NCBI GenBank assembly: GCA_002479405.1
Contig: DLMX01000052.1
Location: 18,236 to 50,420 of the forward strand
Direction of reading: 5' to 3'
Origin: Methylophilaceae bacterium UBA7525
GTDB taxonomy: Bacteria > Pseudomonadota > Gammaproteobacteria > Burkholderiales > Methylophilaceae
DNA: 32,185 bases
Shown here: piece by piece, positions 9,889-21,888 of the stretch
Numbering within the stretch: position 1 is the stretch's first letter
Layout: each line of letters starts with the position of its first letter
Notes under the pieces: model-generated
What the model saw: the letters and a program-made list of their open reading frames with translations, nothing else
What the model was told of the DNA's origin: nothing
Database searches by the model: none
Made by a program: the position numbers and the translations under genes

Positions 9889-11702
9889 CAGAAGTTCACC
9901 CCCAGATTGAAATGCAGGCGATATTCGCCGGTGTCTTCGCCGTAGGCGATATCGGCGCCAAGCGGACCCACCGGACTTTTCCAGCGACCGCCAAGTCCGT
10001 AACCATAGACCGGCCTGATCTCGCTGGTGTCGTTGGCGGCGTCACCGAAGTCGGCAAACAGGGCGATACCCCACTGGTTAGTTAGCCATTGCACGATCTC
10101 GACACTACCGGTGAGGAGATAGCGGCCACCGACGATGGCATTGCCTTCCGTCACGCCCAGGCTCTGATAGGCGTAGCCGCGTACGGACTGGTCGCCGCCG
10201 GCGCGGAACAGATAGGTGGCTGGTGCACTGTTGGCTCCGGTAACAGCGCCCACTTCGAGCCGTGTCATCAGTTGCGTGCTTCTGGTCAGCGGGTAATAGA
10301 GCTGGGTTTTGACATAGCTGCGCAGGAATGTACCTTCCGACAGACTGTCGACAGGGGCACCGGTGAAATTGGCATTGAACAGATAGCCGCGAGTTGGCAT
10401 CAGTTCGTGGTCGGTGCGCCTCAGAGTGACGCCATAGGAAAGTGTGGCGGCATCCTTGCGGCTTGATTCCACGTCTTTGACTTTCGAGTGTTCAATCAGA
10501 TAGTTTGCTCCCATGGATTGCTCGAATCGATAAGTGCCCCAGCTGCGCTGTACGCCGAAGTTGCTGGTTGTCAGTACTTGGTTTTCGATGTCTTCACGTG
10601 CGGTATGGTTGCTGAAGCTGTCGCGGTAGCCTTCTTCTGTCGTTGGCAAGGTGACGCTGGCATTGAGTGATTGCGCACGCTGCTCCAGCCGCAGGCTGGT
10701 GTTCAGGCGCCAGCCTCGTCCCAGCAGGTTGAGGTCGCTGTAGGTCAGCTGAGTTCTGGCACCGGTATTGGTACTGGCCCCGACACCGACGCCGACCTTG
10801 ATCGACTTGCTTTCCGTGAGCCTGACCTCTACCGGTATCGGCGCCACTGTGTCCTGATTGACATTTGCGATGACTTCGACATTGGAGAAATAGCCGGCCG
10901 ATTGCAGGTCGGATTGCAGTCTTAGAAGGCTGTTCTGGTTATAGTCGTCGCCGGCTTTGATCTGGTTCAGGTTGCGGATGATACTTTCCGGATAGCGTTG
11001 CAAACCGCTGATGGCGAGTTCGCCAAAACGCCGGTGATTGCCGCTATCCACGCTAACTGAAAGACGGACGCTGTTGGTTTTGCTGTTCACTTCGGCGCGG
11101 CTTTGCACGATTCTGGCATTCGGGTAGCGGTAAACCACGAGTTCCGACAACAGTTTGCGCTTCTCCTGATCCCAGGCCTCCTGCGTAAAGGGCTTGTTTT
11201 TGACCAGCCCCCATTCCGCTTTCAGCTGGTGAATGCCGGGCTGATCATCTGGCGTCTGCTGCAGAATATCGCCGGTGAATCTCAGTTCAATTTCGCTGAT
11301 GGTAGCCTGTTCGCCCGGACGGACGTTGAATTTGACGCTGGATCGATCCGTTTGGCTGTCGGTCGAGGCTTCGACACTGGCGGAAAAATAGCCCTCGGTG
11401 GCGACCAGTGCCTTGATCTCGCGTGGAGTGGCACGGATCAGGCGCAGCCACTCGGCATCATTCAATCGGGGGTTGTTGATGGATCGCGATATTTCCAGGT
11501 GTTGCTGCAGCAACTGTACGATTGCAGGGGGTGCGTCGAATTCAACCGTGTACTGCTTTTGTGCTGCTTGTGCGATATTGCCTGTCAGCAGCAGAAAAAT
11601 CAGTATCGCAAGATAAGACAGGCCACTTCTGGAGCCGCTGTGATTTTGGAGTCTGCCAGAAGTTGTAAAACCGCTAATTGTTCCAGGCCATTTCTTCGGC
11701 AA
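9888..11702 (-). CDS. tamA: Omp85-family autotransporter assembly factor TamA
   Basis: POTRA-like N-terminal region, AGGDQSVRGY motif, SPVGPLGADIAYG, C-terminal Phe; TTG start is uncertain. Confidence 0.92.
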   Translation of the reverse strand: MPKKWPGTISGFTTSGRLQNHSGSRSGLSYLAILIFLLLTGNIAQAAQKQYTVEFDAPPAIVQLLQQHLEISRSINNPRLNDAEWLRLIRATPREIKALVATEGYFSASVEASTDSQTDRSSVKFNVRPGEQATISEIELRFTGDILQQTPDDQPGIHQLKAEWGLVKNKPFTQEAWDQEKRKLLSELVVYRYPNARIVQSRAEVNSKTNSVRLSVSVDSGNHRRFGELAISGLQRYPESIIRNLNQIKAGDDYNQNSLLRLQSDLQSAGYFSNVEVIANVNQDTVAPIPVEVRLTESKSIKVGVGVGASTNTGARTQLTYSDLNLLGRGWRLNTSLRLEQRAQSLNASVTLPTTEEGYRDSFSNHTAREDIENQVLTTSNFGVQRSWGTYRFEQSMGANYLIEHSKVKDVESSRKDAATLSYGVTLRRTDHELMPTRGYLFNANFTGAPVDSLSEGTFLRSYVKTQLYYPLTRSTQLMTRLEVGAVTGANSAPATYLFRAGGDQSVRGYAYQSLGVTEGNAIVGGRYLLTGSVEIVQWLTNQWGIALFADFGDAANDTSEIRPVYGYGLGGRWKSPVGPLGADIAYGEDTGEYRLHFNLGVNF

Positions 11703-11718
11703 GACTCCATATCCATTT

Positions 11719-13101
<1,383 letters not shown>

Positions 13102-13304
13102 TCAATGCGATAAATCGGGAACCTGTAATTTTACCCTACATCGACACAGTCAAAAAACACTATCTTGCATGCCATCCATCTGGACCATGAAAACCATGCC
13201 GTAAACAGGGTGTATCTTTATGCGGACAGGCGCATAATGATTATTTAACGCTGTTGAATCGGGCTTCAGGTCCGAAATGACGCATGAACTATGAGGCAGG
13301 CTCC

Positions 13305-13562
13305 ATGAGGCGCTATCTGATTCTGATCTTGATGTTGAGCAGTCCGGCCATTGTCATGGCAGAAGAGGCCAGGGCGCCCAGTGTCGAGGAAAACTTGCGC
13401 GAGATGGACAAGGATCGCAACGGTATTGTCACTGCATCCGAAGTTCGTACCTATCTGCAGTCCAAGCATGGCAAGGACTATGAAAAAAGCATTCTGGACA
13501 AGTTGCAGTCTACTGAACGCGGTGCGAGCTGCGGAACGACATTCGCTCAATCCTTTTTGTGA
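13305..13562 (+). CDS. Small secreted EF-hand protein
   Basis: Signal peptide MRRYLILILMLSSPAIVMA; EF loop DKDRNGIVTASE; start at 13305 (GAGG upstream) preferred over 13284. Confidence 0.75.
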   Translation: MRRYLILILMLSSPAIVMAEEARAPSVEENLREMDKDRNGIVTASEVRTYLQSKHGKDYEKSILDKLQSTERGASCGTTFAQSFL

Positions 13563-13687
13563 TTACTGCGGAGTTCGCTCGACTGACGCGGTAATAACCT
13601 TTTGTTCCAGCCGATGGATCAGGCTGTCGTCCTGACCATGTCCAAATTGCCGTTTCGCCAGTCTGGCTCATCGCATGCCGCGGACGG

Positions 13688-13693
13688 TATAAT
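13688..13693 (+). promoter_or_regulatory. Consensus -10 box upstream of acnB
   Basis: TATAAT about 30 nt before the ATG at 13723; no recognisable -35. Confidence 0.45.
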
Positions 13694-13722
13694 CTGATTT
13701 TGGATTTTTTTGATTGAACACC

Positions 13723-16293
13723 ATGCTGACCGCCTACCGAAAACATGTCGCCGAGCGCGCTGCGCAAGGTCTCCCGCCATTACCCCTTGATGCAGAGCAG
13801 ACAGCTGCACTGCTTGATCTGCTGAAAAACCCGCCTGCAGGCGAGGCTGACTTTCTGCTTGAACTGCTGGAGCACCGTGTGCCGGCAGGGGTGGATCAGG
13901 CAGCCTACGTCAAGGCCGCTTTCCTGACGGATGTTGCCCATGCCAAGGTAAGCTGCGCGCTGATCTCGCGTTCGCGGGCGATTCAATTGCTCGGCACCAT
14001 GCTCGGCGGCTATAACGTGCAGTCCCTGGTCAGCCTGCTGGATGGTGAACTGGCAGAGGAGGCCGTCGCTGCGCTGTCGCACACCATTCTCATGTTCGAC
14101 GCTTTCCATGATGTCGCCGAGAAGCTCAAGGCCGGTAATCCGCATGCACACAAGCTGATGCAGTCCTGGGCCGATGCCGAATGGTTCACCCAGCGCAAGC
14201 CGATGCCGGAGGAAATGAAGCTGGTCGTGTTCAAAGTGCCGGGAGAGACCAATACGGACGATCTGTCGCCGGCGCAGGAGGCCTGGTCGCGTCCGGATAT
14301 TCCGTTGCATGCCAATGCCATGCTGGTCAGCAAGATGCCTGATGGTCTGGCGACCATCGCCAAATTGAAGGAAAAGGGTTTGCCTCTGGCGTATGTCGGC
14401 GATGTGGTCGGTACCGGCTCTTCACGCAAATCGGCCATCAATTCCGTGCAATGGTGGATGGGTGAAGATATTCCCTGCATTCCCAACAAGCGTACCGGCG
14501 GTGTCGTGCTGGGAGGCAAGATCGCGCCCATCTTCTTCAATACAGCCGAAGACTCCGGAGCGCTACCCATCCAGTGCGATGTCGAGAAGATGCAGACCGG
14601 CGATATCATCACCATCCTGCCGTATCAGGGCAAGGTGCTGAATGCAGCGGGTGAGCAGATTTCAAGTTTTGCACTGACCCCCTTGACCATGCCGGACGAA
14701 GTGCGCGCCGGCGGTCGCATTCCACTAATCATCGGCCGCGGCCTGACGGCACGTGCCCGCGCCGAACTTGGTTTGCCGTCATCGGAGGTATTCCTGCGTC
14801 CTGACCCGGTCAAGGATTCCGGCAAGGGCTACACGCTGGCACAGAAAATGGTCGGGCGTGCCTGTGGCCTGCCCGAGGGCACAGGCGTGCGCCCCGGCAC
14901 CTACTGCGAACCGAAGATCACAACCGTCGGTTCACAGGATACAACCGGCGCCATGACGCGTGATGAGTTGAAGGAGCTTGCTTGTCTGGGCTTCTCTGCC
15001 GATCTGGTGATGCAGAGTTTCTGTCATACCGCCGCTTATCCGAAGCCGGTCGACATCAAGCTGCAGCACGAATTGCCGGAATTCATCTCCAGCCGCGGCG
15101 GTGTCAGTTTGCGTCCGGGTGACGGCGTGATCCATTCCTGGTTGAATCGCATGATATTGCCGGATACGGTCGGCACCGGCGGCGATTCTCATACGCGCTT
15201 CCCGATAGGTATCTCGTTCCCGGCCGGTTCCGGTCTGGTGGCTTTCGCTGCAGCCATGGGCGCGATGCCGCTCGATATGCCGGAATCCGTATTGGTCCGC
15301 TTCAAGGGTGAGATGCAGCCTGGCATTACCTTGCGCGATCTGGTCAACGCCATCCCCTACGCAGCCATCCGGAAGGGTGATCTGACTGTCGGCAAGCAGG
15401 GCAAGAAGAATGTGTTCAATGGCCGTATTCTCGAAATCGAAGGATTGCCGGACCTGAAAGTCGAGCAGGCTTTCGAATTTGCCGACGCCTCGGCCGAGCG
15501 TTCGGCCAATGGCTGTACCGTGCGCCTGAACAAGGAGCCGGTGATCGAGTTCCTGAATTCCAATATCGTGCTGATGCAGAACATGATCGATAACGGCTAT
15601 CAGGATGCGCGCACCCTGCAACGTCGTATCGAGGCCATGCAGGCCTGGCTTGCCAAACCGGAGTTGCTGGAGCCGGATGCCGATGCCGAATACGCCTATG
15701 TGCTGGAGATAGACCTTGACGAAATCAAGGAACCCTTGGTGGCATGCCCCAATGATCCGGACGACATCAAACCGCTGTCAGCCGTGGCCGGTGACAAGGT
15801 CGATGAGGTGTTCATCGGTAGCTGCATGACCAATATCGGTCATTACCGCGCTGCCGCCAAGGTACTGGAGGGTTCCGGCAATTTGCCGACGCGTCTGTGG
15901 ATCGCGCCGCCGACCCGTATGGATGAGGCCGAACTGCGTGACGAAGGTGTCTATGCCGTCTTCGGCGTGGCCGGCGCACGTACCGAAGTACCGGGCTGTT
16001 CGTTGTGCATGGGCAATCAGGCACGCGTGGCGGATAAGGCGACAGTATTTTCTACCAGTACCCGCAACTTTGATAACCGCATGGGCAAGGATGCGCGTGT
16101 CTATCTGGGCTCCGCTGAACTGGCTGCGGTTTGTGCCAAGCTGGGTCGGGTGCCGAGCCCGCAAGAGTACATGGCGACTGTGGGCGACAAGCTGACGAAG
16201 AATCCGGCCGAAATCTACCGGTATCTCAATTTCGATCAAATGGCAGAGTACCAACCGAAAAAGATTATCCCGATTGCAGAGGCGGCATCCTGA
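13723..16293 (+). CDS. acnB: Aconitate hydratase B / 2-methylisocitrate dehydratase
   Basis: [14 protein letters not shown] start, [46 protein letters not shown]. Confidence 0.97.
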   Translation: MLTAYRKHVAERAAQGLPPLPLDAEQTAALLDLLKNPPAGEADFLLELLEHRVPAGVDQAAYVKAAFLTDVAHAKVSCALISRSRAIQLLGTMLGGYNVQSLVSLLDGELAEEAVAALSHTILMFDAFHDVAEKLKAGNPHAHKLMQSWADAEWFTQRKPMPEEMKLVVFKVPGETNTDDLSPAQEAWSRPDIPLHANAMLVSKMPDGLATIAKLKEKGLPLAYVGDVVGTGSSRKSAINSVQWWMGEDIPCIPNKRTGGVVLGGKIAPIFFNTAEDSGALPIQCDVEKMQTGDIITILPYQGKVLNAAGEQISSFALTPLTMPDEVRAGGRIPLIIGRGLTARARAELGLPSSEVFLRPDPVKDSGKGYTLAQKMVGRACGLPEGTGVRPGTYCEPKITTVGSQDTTGAMTRDELKELACLGFSADLVMQSFCHTAAYPKPVDIKLQHELPEFISSRGGVSLRPGDGVIHSWLNRMILPDTVGTGGDSHTRFPIGISFPAGSGLVAFAAAMGAMPLDMPESVLVRFKGEMQPGITLRDLVNAIPYAAIRKGDLTVGKQGKKNVFNGRILEIEGLPDLKVEQAFEFADASAERSANGCTVRLNKEPVIEFLNSNIVLMQNMIDNGYQDARTLQRRIEAMQAWLAKPELLEPDADAEYAYVLEIDLDEIKEPLVACPNDPDDIKPLSAVAGDKVDEVFIGSCMTNIGHYRAAAKVLEGSGNLPTRLWIAPPTRMDEAELRDEGVYAVFGVAGARTEVPGCSLCMGNQARVADKATVFSTSTRNFDNRMGKDARVYLGSAELAAVCAKLGRVPSPQEYMATVGDKLTKNPAEIYRYLNFDQMAEYQPKKIIPIAEAAS

Positions 16294-16471
16294 AAAGGCC
16301 GCAGCTAGGGGTCTGAACGGACTATTAGTTGCCTGTATGGCTGGATTATATGGGCTTCGCGTATTACAATCAGGTGCGACAATCCAAGAAAAACATATGC
16401 AAATGCAGTAATTCTGAGCCGCACATGGATTGCAAATGTGCGTTTTACAGACTGCCTACCGTTGATAAATT

Positions 16472-17317
16472 ATGAGTCTGAATAACAACTCCAAGCGCAC
16501 CGTCTTCTATATCTCTGACAGCACTGGCATTACAGTGGAAGCGCTGGGGTTGTGCCTGCTTTCGCATTTTGAGGGCCTGAAGCTCAAGCAGGTGCGCATG
16601 CCTTTTATAGACTCCATGGAAAAAGCCAGGGAAGCGGTCGAGATCATCAATGCCACGCAGGAACGTGATGGTGTGCGTGCCATTTTGTGCATGACGGTTG
16701 TCAATCCCAATATCCGCGCCTTGTTTCATCTGACCGGCGGTCATTGCCTGGATATGTTCGGCACATTCGTCAATCCGCTTTCATGTGAGCTGGGCATGCC
16801 CGCCAATGAGACTATCGGCATGTCGAGGCGCGTGGCGGGGGCCGAGTACCGAAACCGCATCAATGCCATCAATTTCACGCTGGGCCATGACGACGGCATC
16901 ACCGAATCGGGGTTGAAAGATGCGGATGTGATTCTGGTCGGTGTTTCACGTTGCGGAAAGACGCCGACCAGTATCTATCTGGCGATGCAGTTCGGCATGC
17001 GCGTGGCCAATTATCCGATCATCCCGGAGGACTTGGAACGCAATGCGTTGCCCGGCACCCTGATTGATTACAAGGACAAGATTTTTGGTCTGACCATAGA
17101 CCCTTTGCGTCTGAGCAAGGTGCGCGGCGAGCGTCGCCCCAATAGCCGCTACGCCGAGCTGGAGAATTGCAAGAGTGAAGTAAAGCGGGCGGAGGAGCTG
17201 ATGCGCCGGGAGGGTATCAGCATGCTGGATTCGACTTCGCGCTCGGTAGAGGAGATTTCCTCACTGATCATGCAACAGCTAAGTTTCAAGGCAGCAAAGA
17301 ACATGTTGTTGAACTAG
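16472..17317 (+). CDS. ppsR: PEP synthase regulatory protein (kinase/pyrophosphorylase, DUF299)
   Basis: ISDSTGIT, HDDG, DVILVGVSRCGKTPTSIYLA, SVEEIS; adjacent to ppsA. Confidence 0.93.
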   Translation: MSLNNNSKRTVFYISDSTGITVEALGLCLLSHFEGLKLKQVRMPFIDSMEKAREAVEIINATQERDGVRAILCMTVVNPNIRALFHLTGGHCLDMFGTFVNPLSCELGMPANETIGMSRRVAGAEYRNRINAINFTLGHDDGITESGLKDADVILVGVSRCGKTPTSIYLAMQFGMRVANYPIIPEDLERNALPGTLIDYKDKIFGLTIDPLRLSKVRGERRPNSRYAELENCKSEVKRAEELMRREGISMLDSTSRSVEEISSLIMQQLSFKAAKNMLLN

Positions 17318-17404
17318 TTCCTGTACTGGTTCGATAGCATCGCTGTTGCAGCAGGAGGAATTAATGTTAGCTACAAAATATAACTATTTCATGAGGAAAT
17401 TGGT

Positions 17405-19771
17405 ATGCAAGCCTATGTAATCCCATTAGAACAACTGGGTATGCAGGATGTTGATCGCGTCGGCGGAAAGAACGCTTCGCTCGGCGAAATGATCAGCAAT
17501 CTTGCTGCGAGTGATGTGCGCGTTCCCGGAGGCTTTGCTACCACGGCTCAGGCGTATCGCGACTTCCTGGCTCATGAAGGGCTGGAAGCACGCATCAAGT
17601 CCACGCTGGCGACATTGAATGTGGATGATGTGGTTGCCTTGGCCAAGACCGGCGAGCAGATCCGCAAGTGGATCGTCGAGGCCCCTTTGCCGGCAAGACT
17701 GGAAGCGGAGATTCGCGAACATTACAGCCAGCTCAATGGTGATTCCGATGCCAGCTTTGCGGTACGTTCTTCTGCCACCGCCGAAGACATGCCGGATGCT
17801 TCTTTTGCCGGCCAACAGGAAACCTTCCTCAATATCCACGGTATCGAGAATATCCTGCATGCGATCAAGGAAGTGTTCGCTTCACTGTATAACGACCGTG
17901 CCATTTCCTACCGTGTGCATTCCGGCTACAACGATATCGAAGTCGCGCTTTCCGCAGGTGTGCAGCGCATGGTGCGTTCAGATCTCGGTGCTTCCGGCGT
18001 CATGTTCACGCTGGATACCGAATCCGGTTTCCGTGATGTCGTGTTCATCACTTCTTCCTACGGTCTGGGTGAAATGGTGGTACAGGGCGCTGTCAATCCT
18101 GATGAATTCTATGTGCACAAGCCCCAATTGCAGGCAGGTTTTCCCGCCTTGATCCGTCGTGGCCTGGGTTCCAAGCAGCAGCGCATGGTGTTCAATACCG
18201 AGCGCTCTGCCGGCCGTTCAGTGAAGATCGAGGAAACGACTTCAGAAGAGCGCAACAAATTCTCGCTGACCGATGCCGAAGTGTTGGAACTGGCGCGTCA
18301 TGCCGTTGAGATTGAAAAACACTATGGCTGCCCGATGGATATCGAGTGGGGCAAGGACGGTCTGGATGGCAAGCTGTATATCGTGCAGGCACGGCCAGAG
18401 ACCGTTAAATCGCGTGCCGAAGACAAGGCAATCGAGAAATACAGCTTGAAGAAACGTGGCACCGTACTGTCAGAAGGCCGCGCTATCGGCCAGAAGATCG
18501 GTATCGGCCCGGTCCGCATCGTGCAAAGCGCCAACGACATGCATCTGGTCAAGGCAGGTGATGTGCTGGTCACCGACATGACAGACCCGAACTGGGAACC
18601 GGTCATGAAGAAAGCGGCCGCGATTGTCACCAACCGTGGCGGCCGTACCTGCCACGCAGCGATTATCGCGCGTGAACTGGGTATCCCGGCCATTGTCGGT
18701 TGCGGCGATGCCACCAGCACGCTGACCGAAGACCAGATCGTCACGGCTTCCTGCGCCGAAGGTGATACCGGTTATGTCTATGAGGGCGAGATGCCTTACG
18801 AGAAGACCGTGCAGCAACGCCAGACATTGCCAGAGATCCCGGTGAAGCTGATGCTGAACGTCGGCAATCCGTCCCTGGCTTTTGAATTCGCACAGTTGCC
18901 ATCGGCAGGCGTCGGCCTTGCGAGACTGGAATTCATCATCAACAACCTGATTGGCATCCACCCCAAGGCCATCCTGCGCTTTGACCAGGTGCCGCATGAA
19001 TTGCATGATTCCGTGGCCGAGCGCACCCGTGGTTATGCCGACCCGCGCAGCTTCTACGTTGAAAAAATCACCGAAGGTGTTTCGACACTGGCAGCGGCCT
19101 TCTGGCCGAACAAGGTCATTGTGCGTTTGTCGGACTTCAAGTCCAACGAATACCGCAAGCTGATCGGCGGTGACCTGTTCGAACCGATTGAAGAAAACCC
19201 GATGCTGGGCTTCCGTGGCGCTGCACGTTATATCTCCAAGGATTTCCGCGATTGTTTCGCGCTGGAATGTGAGGCGATGAAGAAGGCACGCGATGTGCTG
19301 GGTTATACCAATATCGAACTGATGGTGCCGTTCGTGCGTACGCTGGAAGAGGCGCGCGGTGTTGTGGAACTGCTGGAGCAACATGGCCTCAAACGTGGTG
19401 AGAATGGACTGCGCCTGATCATGATGTGCGAGATTCCGTCCAATGCCTTGCTGGCTGAGGAGTTCCTGGAGTACTTCGATGGCTTCTCCATCGGTTCCAA
19501 TGACCTGACGCAGTTGTCACTCGGACTGGACCGAGACTCCAGTCTGGTTGCGAACAGCTTCGACGAGCGCGATGCGGCAGTGAAAAAACTATTGTCCATG
19601 GCGATTCAGACCTGCAACAGCAAAGGCAAGTATGTCGGTATCTGTGGTCAAGGGCCTTCGGACCATGTCGATTTCGCCGAATGGCTGATGGCGCAGGGTA
19701 TCCAGACCATGTCACTGAATCCGGATACGCTGATCGAAACCTGGAATACGCTGGCCAAGGTCGCAAAGTAG
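17405..19771 (+). CDS. ppsA: Phosphoenolpyruvate synthase
   Basis: [36 protein letters not shown] (phospho-His), [20 protein letters not shown]. Confidence 0.98.
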   Translation: MQAYVIPLEQLGMQDVDRVGGKNASLGEMISNLAASDVRVPGGFATTAQAYRDFLAHEGLEARIKSTLATLNVDDVVALAKTGEQIRKWIVEAPLPARLEAEIREHYSQLNGDSDASFAVRSSATAEDMPDASFAGQQETFLNIHGIENILHAIKEVFASLYNDRAISYRVHSGYNDIEVALSAGVQRMVRSDLGASGVMFTLDTESGFRDVVFITSSYGLGEMVVQGAVNPDEFYVHKPQLQAGFPALIRRGLGSKQQRMVFNTERSAGRSVKIEETTSEERNKFSLTDAEVLELARHAVEIEKHYGCPMDIEWGKDGLDGKLYIVQARPETVKSRAEDKAIEKYSLKKRGTVLSEGRAIGQKIGIGPVRIVQSANDMHLVKAGDVLVTDMTDPNWEPVMKKAAAIVTNRGGRTCHAAIIARELGIPAIVGCGDATSTLTEDQIVTASCAEGDTGYVYEGEMPYEKTVQQRQTLPEIPVKLMLNVGNPSLAFEFAQLPSAGVGLARLEFIINNLIGIHPKAILRFDQVPHELHDSVAERTRGYADPRSFYVEKITEGVSTLAAAFWPNKVIVRLSDFKSNEYRKLIGGDLFEPIEENPMLGFRGAARYISKDFRDCFALECEAMKKARDVLGYTNIELMVPFVRTLEEARGVVELLEQHGLKRGENGLRLIMMCEIPSNALLAEEFLEYFDGFSIGSNDLTQLSLGLDRDSSLVANSFDERDAAVKKLLSMAIQTCNSKGKYVGICGQGPSDHVDFAEWLMAQGIQTMSLNPDTLIETWNTLAKVAK

Positions 19772-19802
19772 AAGGCCGTCAGGTAACACACGCAGTCACT
19801 GT

Positions 19803-19841
19803 AAAAAGCCCATTCACTGCTTAGCTGGTAATGGGCTTTTT
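19803..19841 (+). terminator. Rho-independent terminator after ppsA
   Basis: AAAAAGCCCATT-N15-AATGGGCTTTTT. Confidence 0.75.
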
Positions 19842-19911
19842 GCTTTTGTGGTCACTGGCTGGTAAAGCCGGATGAATGATAAAAATTGTTCGTGGAGAGG
19901 GAAGTGTAGTC

Positions 19912-21888
19912 ATGAGTTCAATTGAATCTGTAATGCATGAAACCCGATTGTTCGAGCCGGGCGATGTGCTGAAAGCCAAAGCGGCGATTCCCAGCATGCA
20001 GGCCTATCAGGCATTGTGTGATGAGGCTGAGCGCGATTATGAAGGCTTCTGGGCCAAGCTTGCGCGTGAGTTGCTCGACTGGAAGAAACCTTTCACGCAG
20101 GTGCTCGATGACTCTACCCCGCCTTTCTACCGCTGGTTCGCCGATGGCGAATTGAATGCTTCCTACAACTGTCTGGATCGTCATCTGGCGACGCGTGGCG
20201 ACAAGACCGCGCTGATCTTCGAGGCTGATGACGGACAAGTCACACATGTTACTTATCGTGAGTTGCACCAGCGTGTCTGCCGTTTTGCCAATGGTTTGAA
20301 GAAGCTCGATCTGCAGGTCGGCGATCGTGTGCTGATCTATATGCCGATGGGTGTCGAGGCGATCACCGCCATGCAGGCTTGTGCCAGACTGGGTCTGACC
20401 CATTCCGTCGTATTCGGCGGTTTTTCTGCCAAGAGCATACAGGAGCGTATACAGGATACCGGGGCGCGTGCGGTGGTGACTGCGGACGGCCAGTTCCGCG
20501 GTGGCCGTTCCTTGCCGTTGAAATCGGCCGTGGATGACGCCATGCAGATGCCGGGCTGCGAGAGCGTGGAAAAAGTCATTGTCTTCCGTCGCAGCGGTAT
20601 CGACATCGAATGGCACGCCAATAACCTCTGGTGGCACGAGCTGATTGCTGATGTGTCGGATGAATGCGAGCCGGTCTGGGTCAATGCCGAGCACCCCCTG
20701 TTCCTGCTTTACACATCCGGCTCCACCGGCAAACCCAAGGGCGTGCAGCATGCTGCCGCCGGTTTTCTGTTGCACGCGATGAACACCACGCGCTGGGTAT
20801 TTGACGGCAAGGATGACGATGTGTTCTGGTGCACCGCAGATGTGGGCTGGATCACCGGTCATACCTATGTGGCTTACGGCCCCCTCGCGTTGGGCATGAC
20901 GCAGATCGTGTTCGAAGGCATCCCGACTTATCCGGATGCCGGCCGTTTCTGGCAGATGATACAGAACCATAAGGTCAGCATCTTTTACACGGCGCCGACC
21001 GCTATCCGTTCGTTGATCAAGGCAGCCTCGATCAACCCGGCGACCCATCCGAAGCAATTCGACCTTTCCAGTCTGCGTCTGCTCGGCTCGGTCGGTGAAC
21101 CGATCAATCCCGAGGCATGGATGTGGTATCACGAGGAAGTCGGCGGCGGTCGCTGCCCGATCATGGATACCTTCTGGCAGACCGAGACCGGTGGCCACGT
21201 CATTTCGCCGCTGCCGGTGACGCCGCTGGTACCCGGTTCCTGTACGCTGCCCTTGCCCGGCATTCAGGCCACCGTGGTGGACGAAACCGGCCAGGAACTA
21301 CCGTGGGGGCAGGGTGGCCTGCTGGTGATAAAGAAACCCTGGCCGTCGATGATACGTACCATTTGGGGCGATCCGGAACGCTACAGGAAATCCTATTTCC
21401 CTGCTGACCTCGGCGGCAAGCTCTATCTGGCCGGCGACGGTGCCGTGCGCGATGCCAAGACCGGCTATTTCACCATTATGGGCCGTATCGATGATGTGCT
21501 CAATGTGTCAGGTCACCGCCTGGGCACCATGGAAATCGAGTCGGCGCTGGTGGCCAATCCGCTGGTGGCGGAAGCCGCTGTCGTCGGCAAGCCGCATGAC
21601 GTCAAGGGTGAAGCGATTGTCGCTTATGTCGTATTGAAGGGCGCGCGACCTGAGGGCGAAGCTGCCAGGAAGATCGTAGCCGAATTGCGCGACTGGGTTG
21701 CGAAAGAGATTGGCCCCATCGCCAAGCCGGACGAGATCCGCTTCGGCGAGAATCTGCCGAAGACCCGTTCCGGCAAGATCATGCGGCGCCTCTTGCGCTC
21801 GCTGGCCAAGGGTGAGGAGATCACCTCCGACATTTCGACACTGGATAATCCGGCCATTCTGGAACAGTTGAAGCAGGCGGTGGCGTGA
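19912..21888 (+). CDS. acs: Acetyl-CoA synthetase
   Basis: [43 protein letters not shown]; start at 19912 (GGAGAGGG RBS) preferred over 19876. Confidence 0.97.
   Translation: MSSIESVMHETRLFEPGDVLKAKAAIPSMQAYQALCDEAERDYEGFWAKLARELLDWKKPFTQVLDDSTPPFYRWFADGELNASYNCLDRHLATRGDKTALIFEADDGQVTHVTYRELHQRVCRFANGLKKLDLQVGDRVLIYMPMGVEAITAMQACARLGLTHSVVFGGFSAKSIQERIQDTGARAVVTADGQFRGGRSLPLKSAVDDAMQMPGCESVEKVIVFRRSGIDIEWHANNLWWHELIADVSDECEPVWVNAEHPLFLLYTSGSTGKPKGVQHAAAGFLLHAMNTTRWVFDGKDDDVFWCTADVGWITGHTYVAYGPLALGMTQIVFEGIPTYPDAGRFWQMIQNHKVSIFYTAPTAIRSLIKAASINPATHPKQFDLSSLRLLGSVGEPINPEAWMWYHEEVGGGRCPIMDTFWQTETGGHVISPLPVTPLVPGSCTLPLPGIQATVVDETGQELPWGQGGLLVIKKPWPSMIRTIWGDPERYRKSYFPADLGGKLYLAGDGAVRDAKTGYFTIMGRIDDVLNVSGHRLGTMEIESALVANPLVAEAAVVGKPHDVKGEAIVAYVVLKGARPEGEAARKIVAELRDWVAKEIGPIAKPDEIRFGENLPKTRSGKIMRRLLRSLAKGEEITSDISTLDNPAILEQLKQAVA

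Noticed and set aside
13128-13153. TTGACT...TAAAAT promoter for purB on the minus strand
   Set aside because: Spacer is only 14 nt, too short for a canonical sigma-70 pair.
13232-13251. Fur-box-like CATAATGATTATT
   Set aside because: Only about 11 of 19 positions match the Fur consensus.
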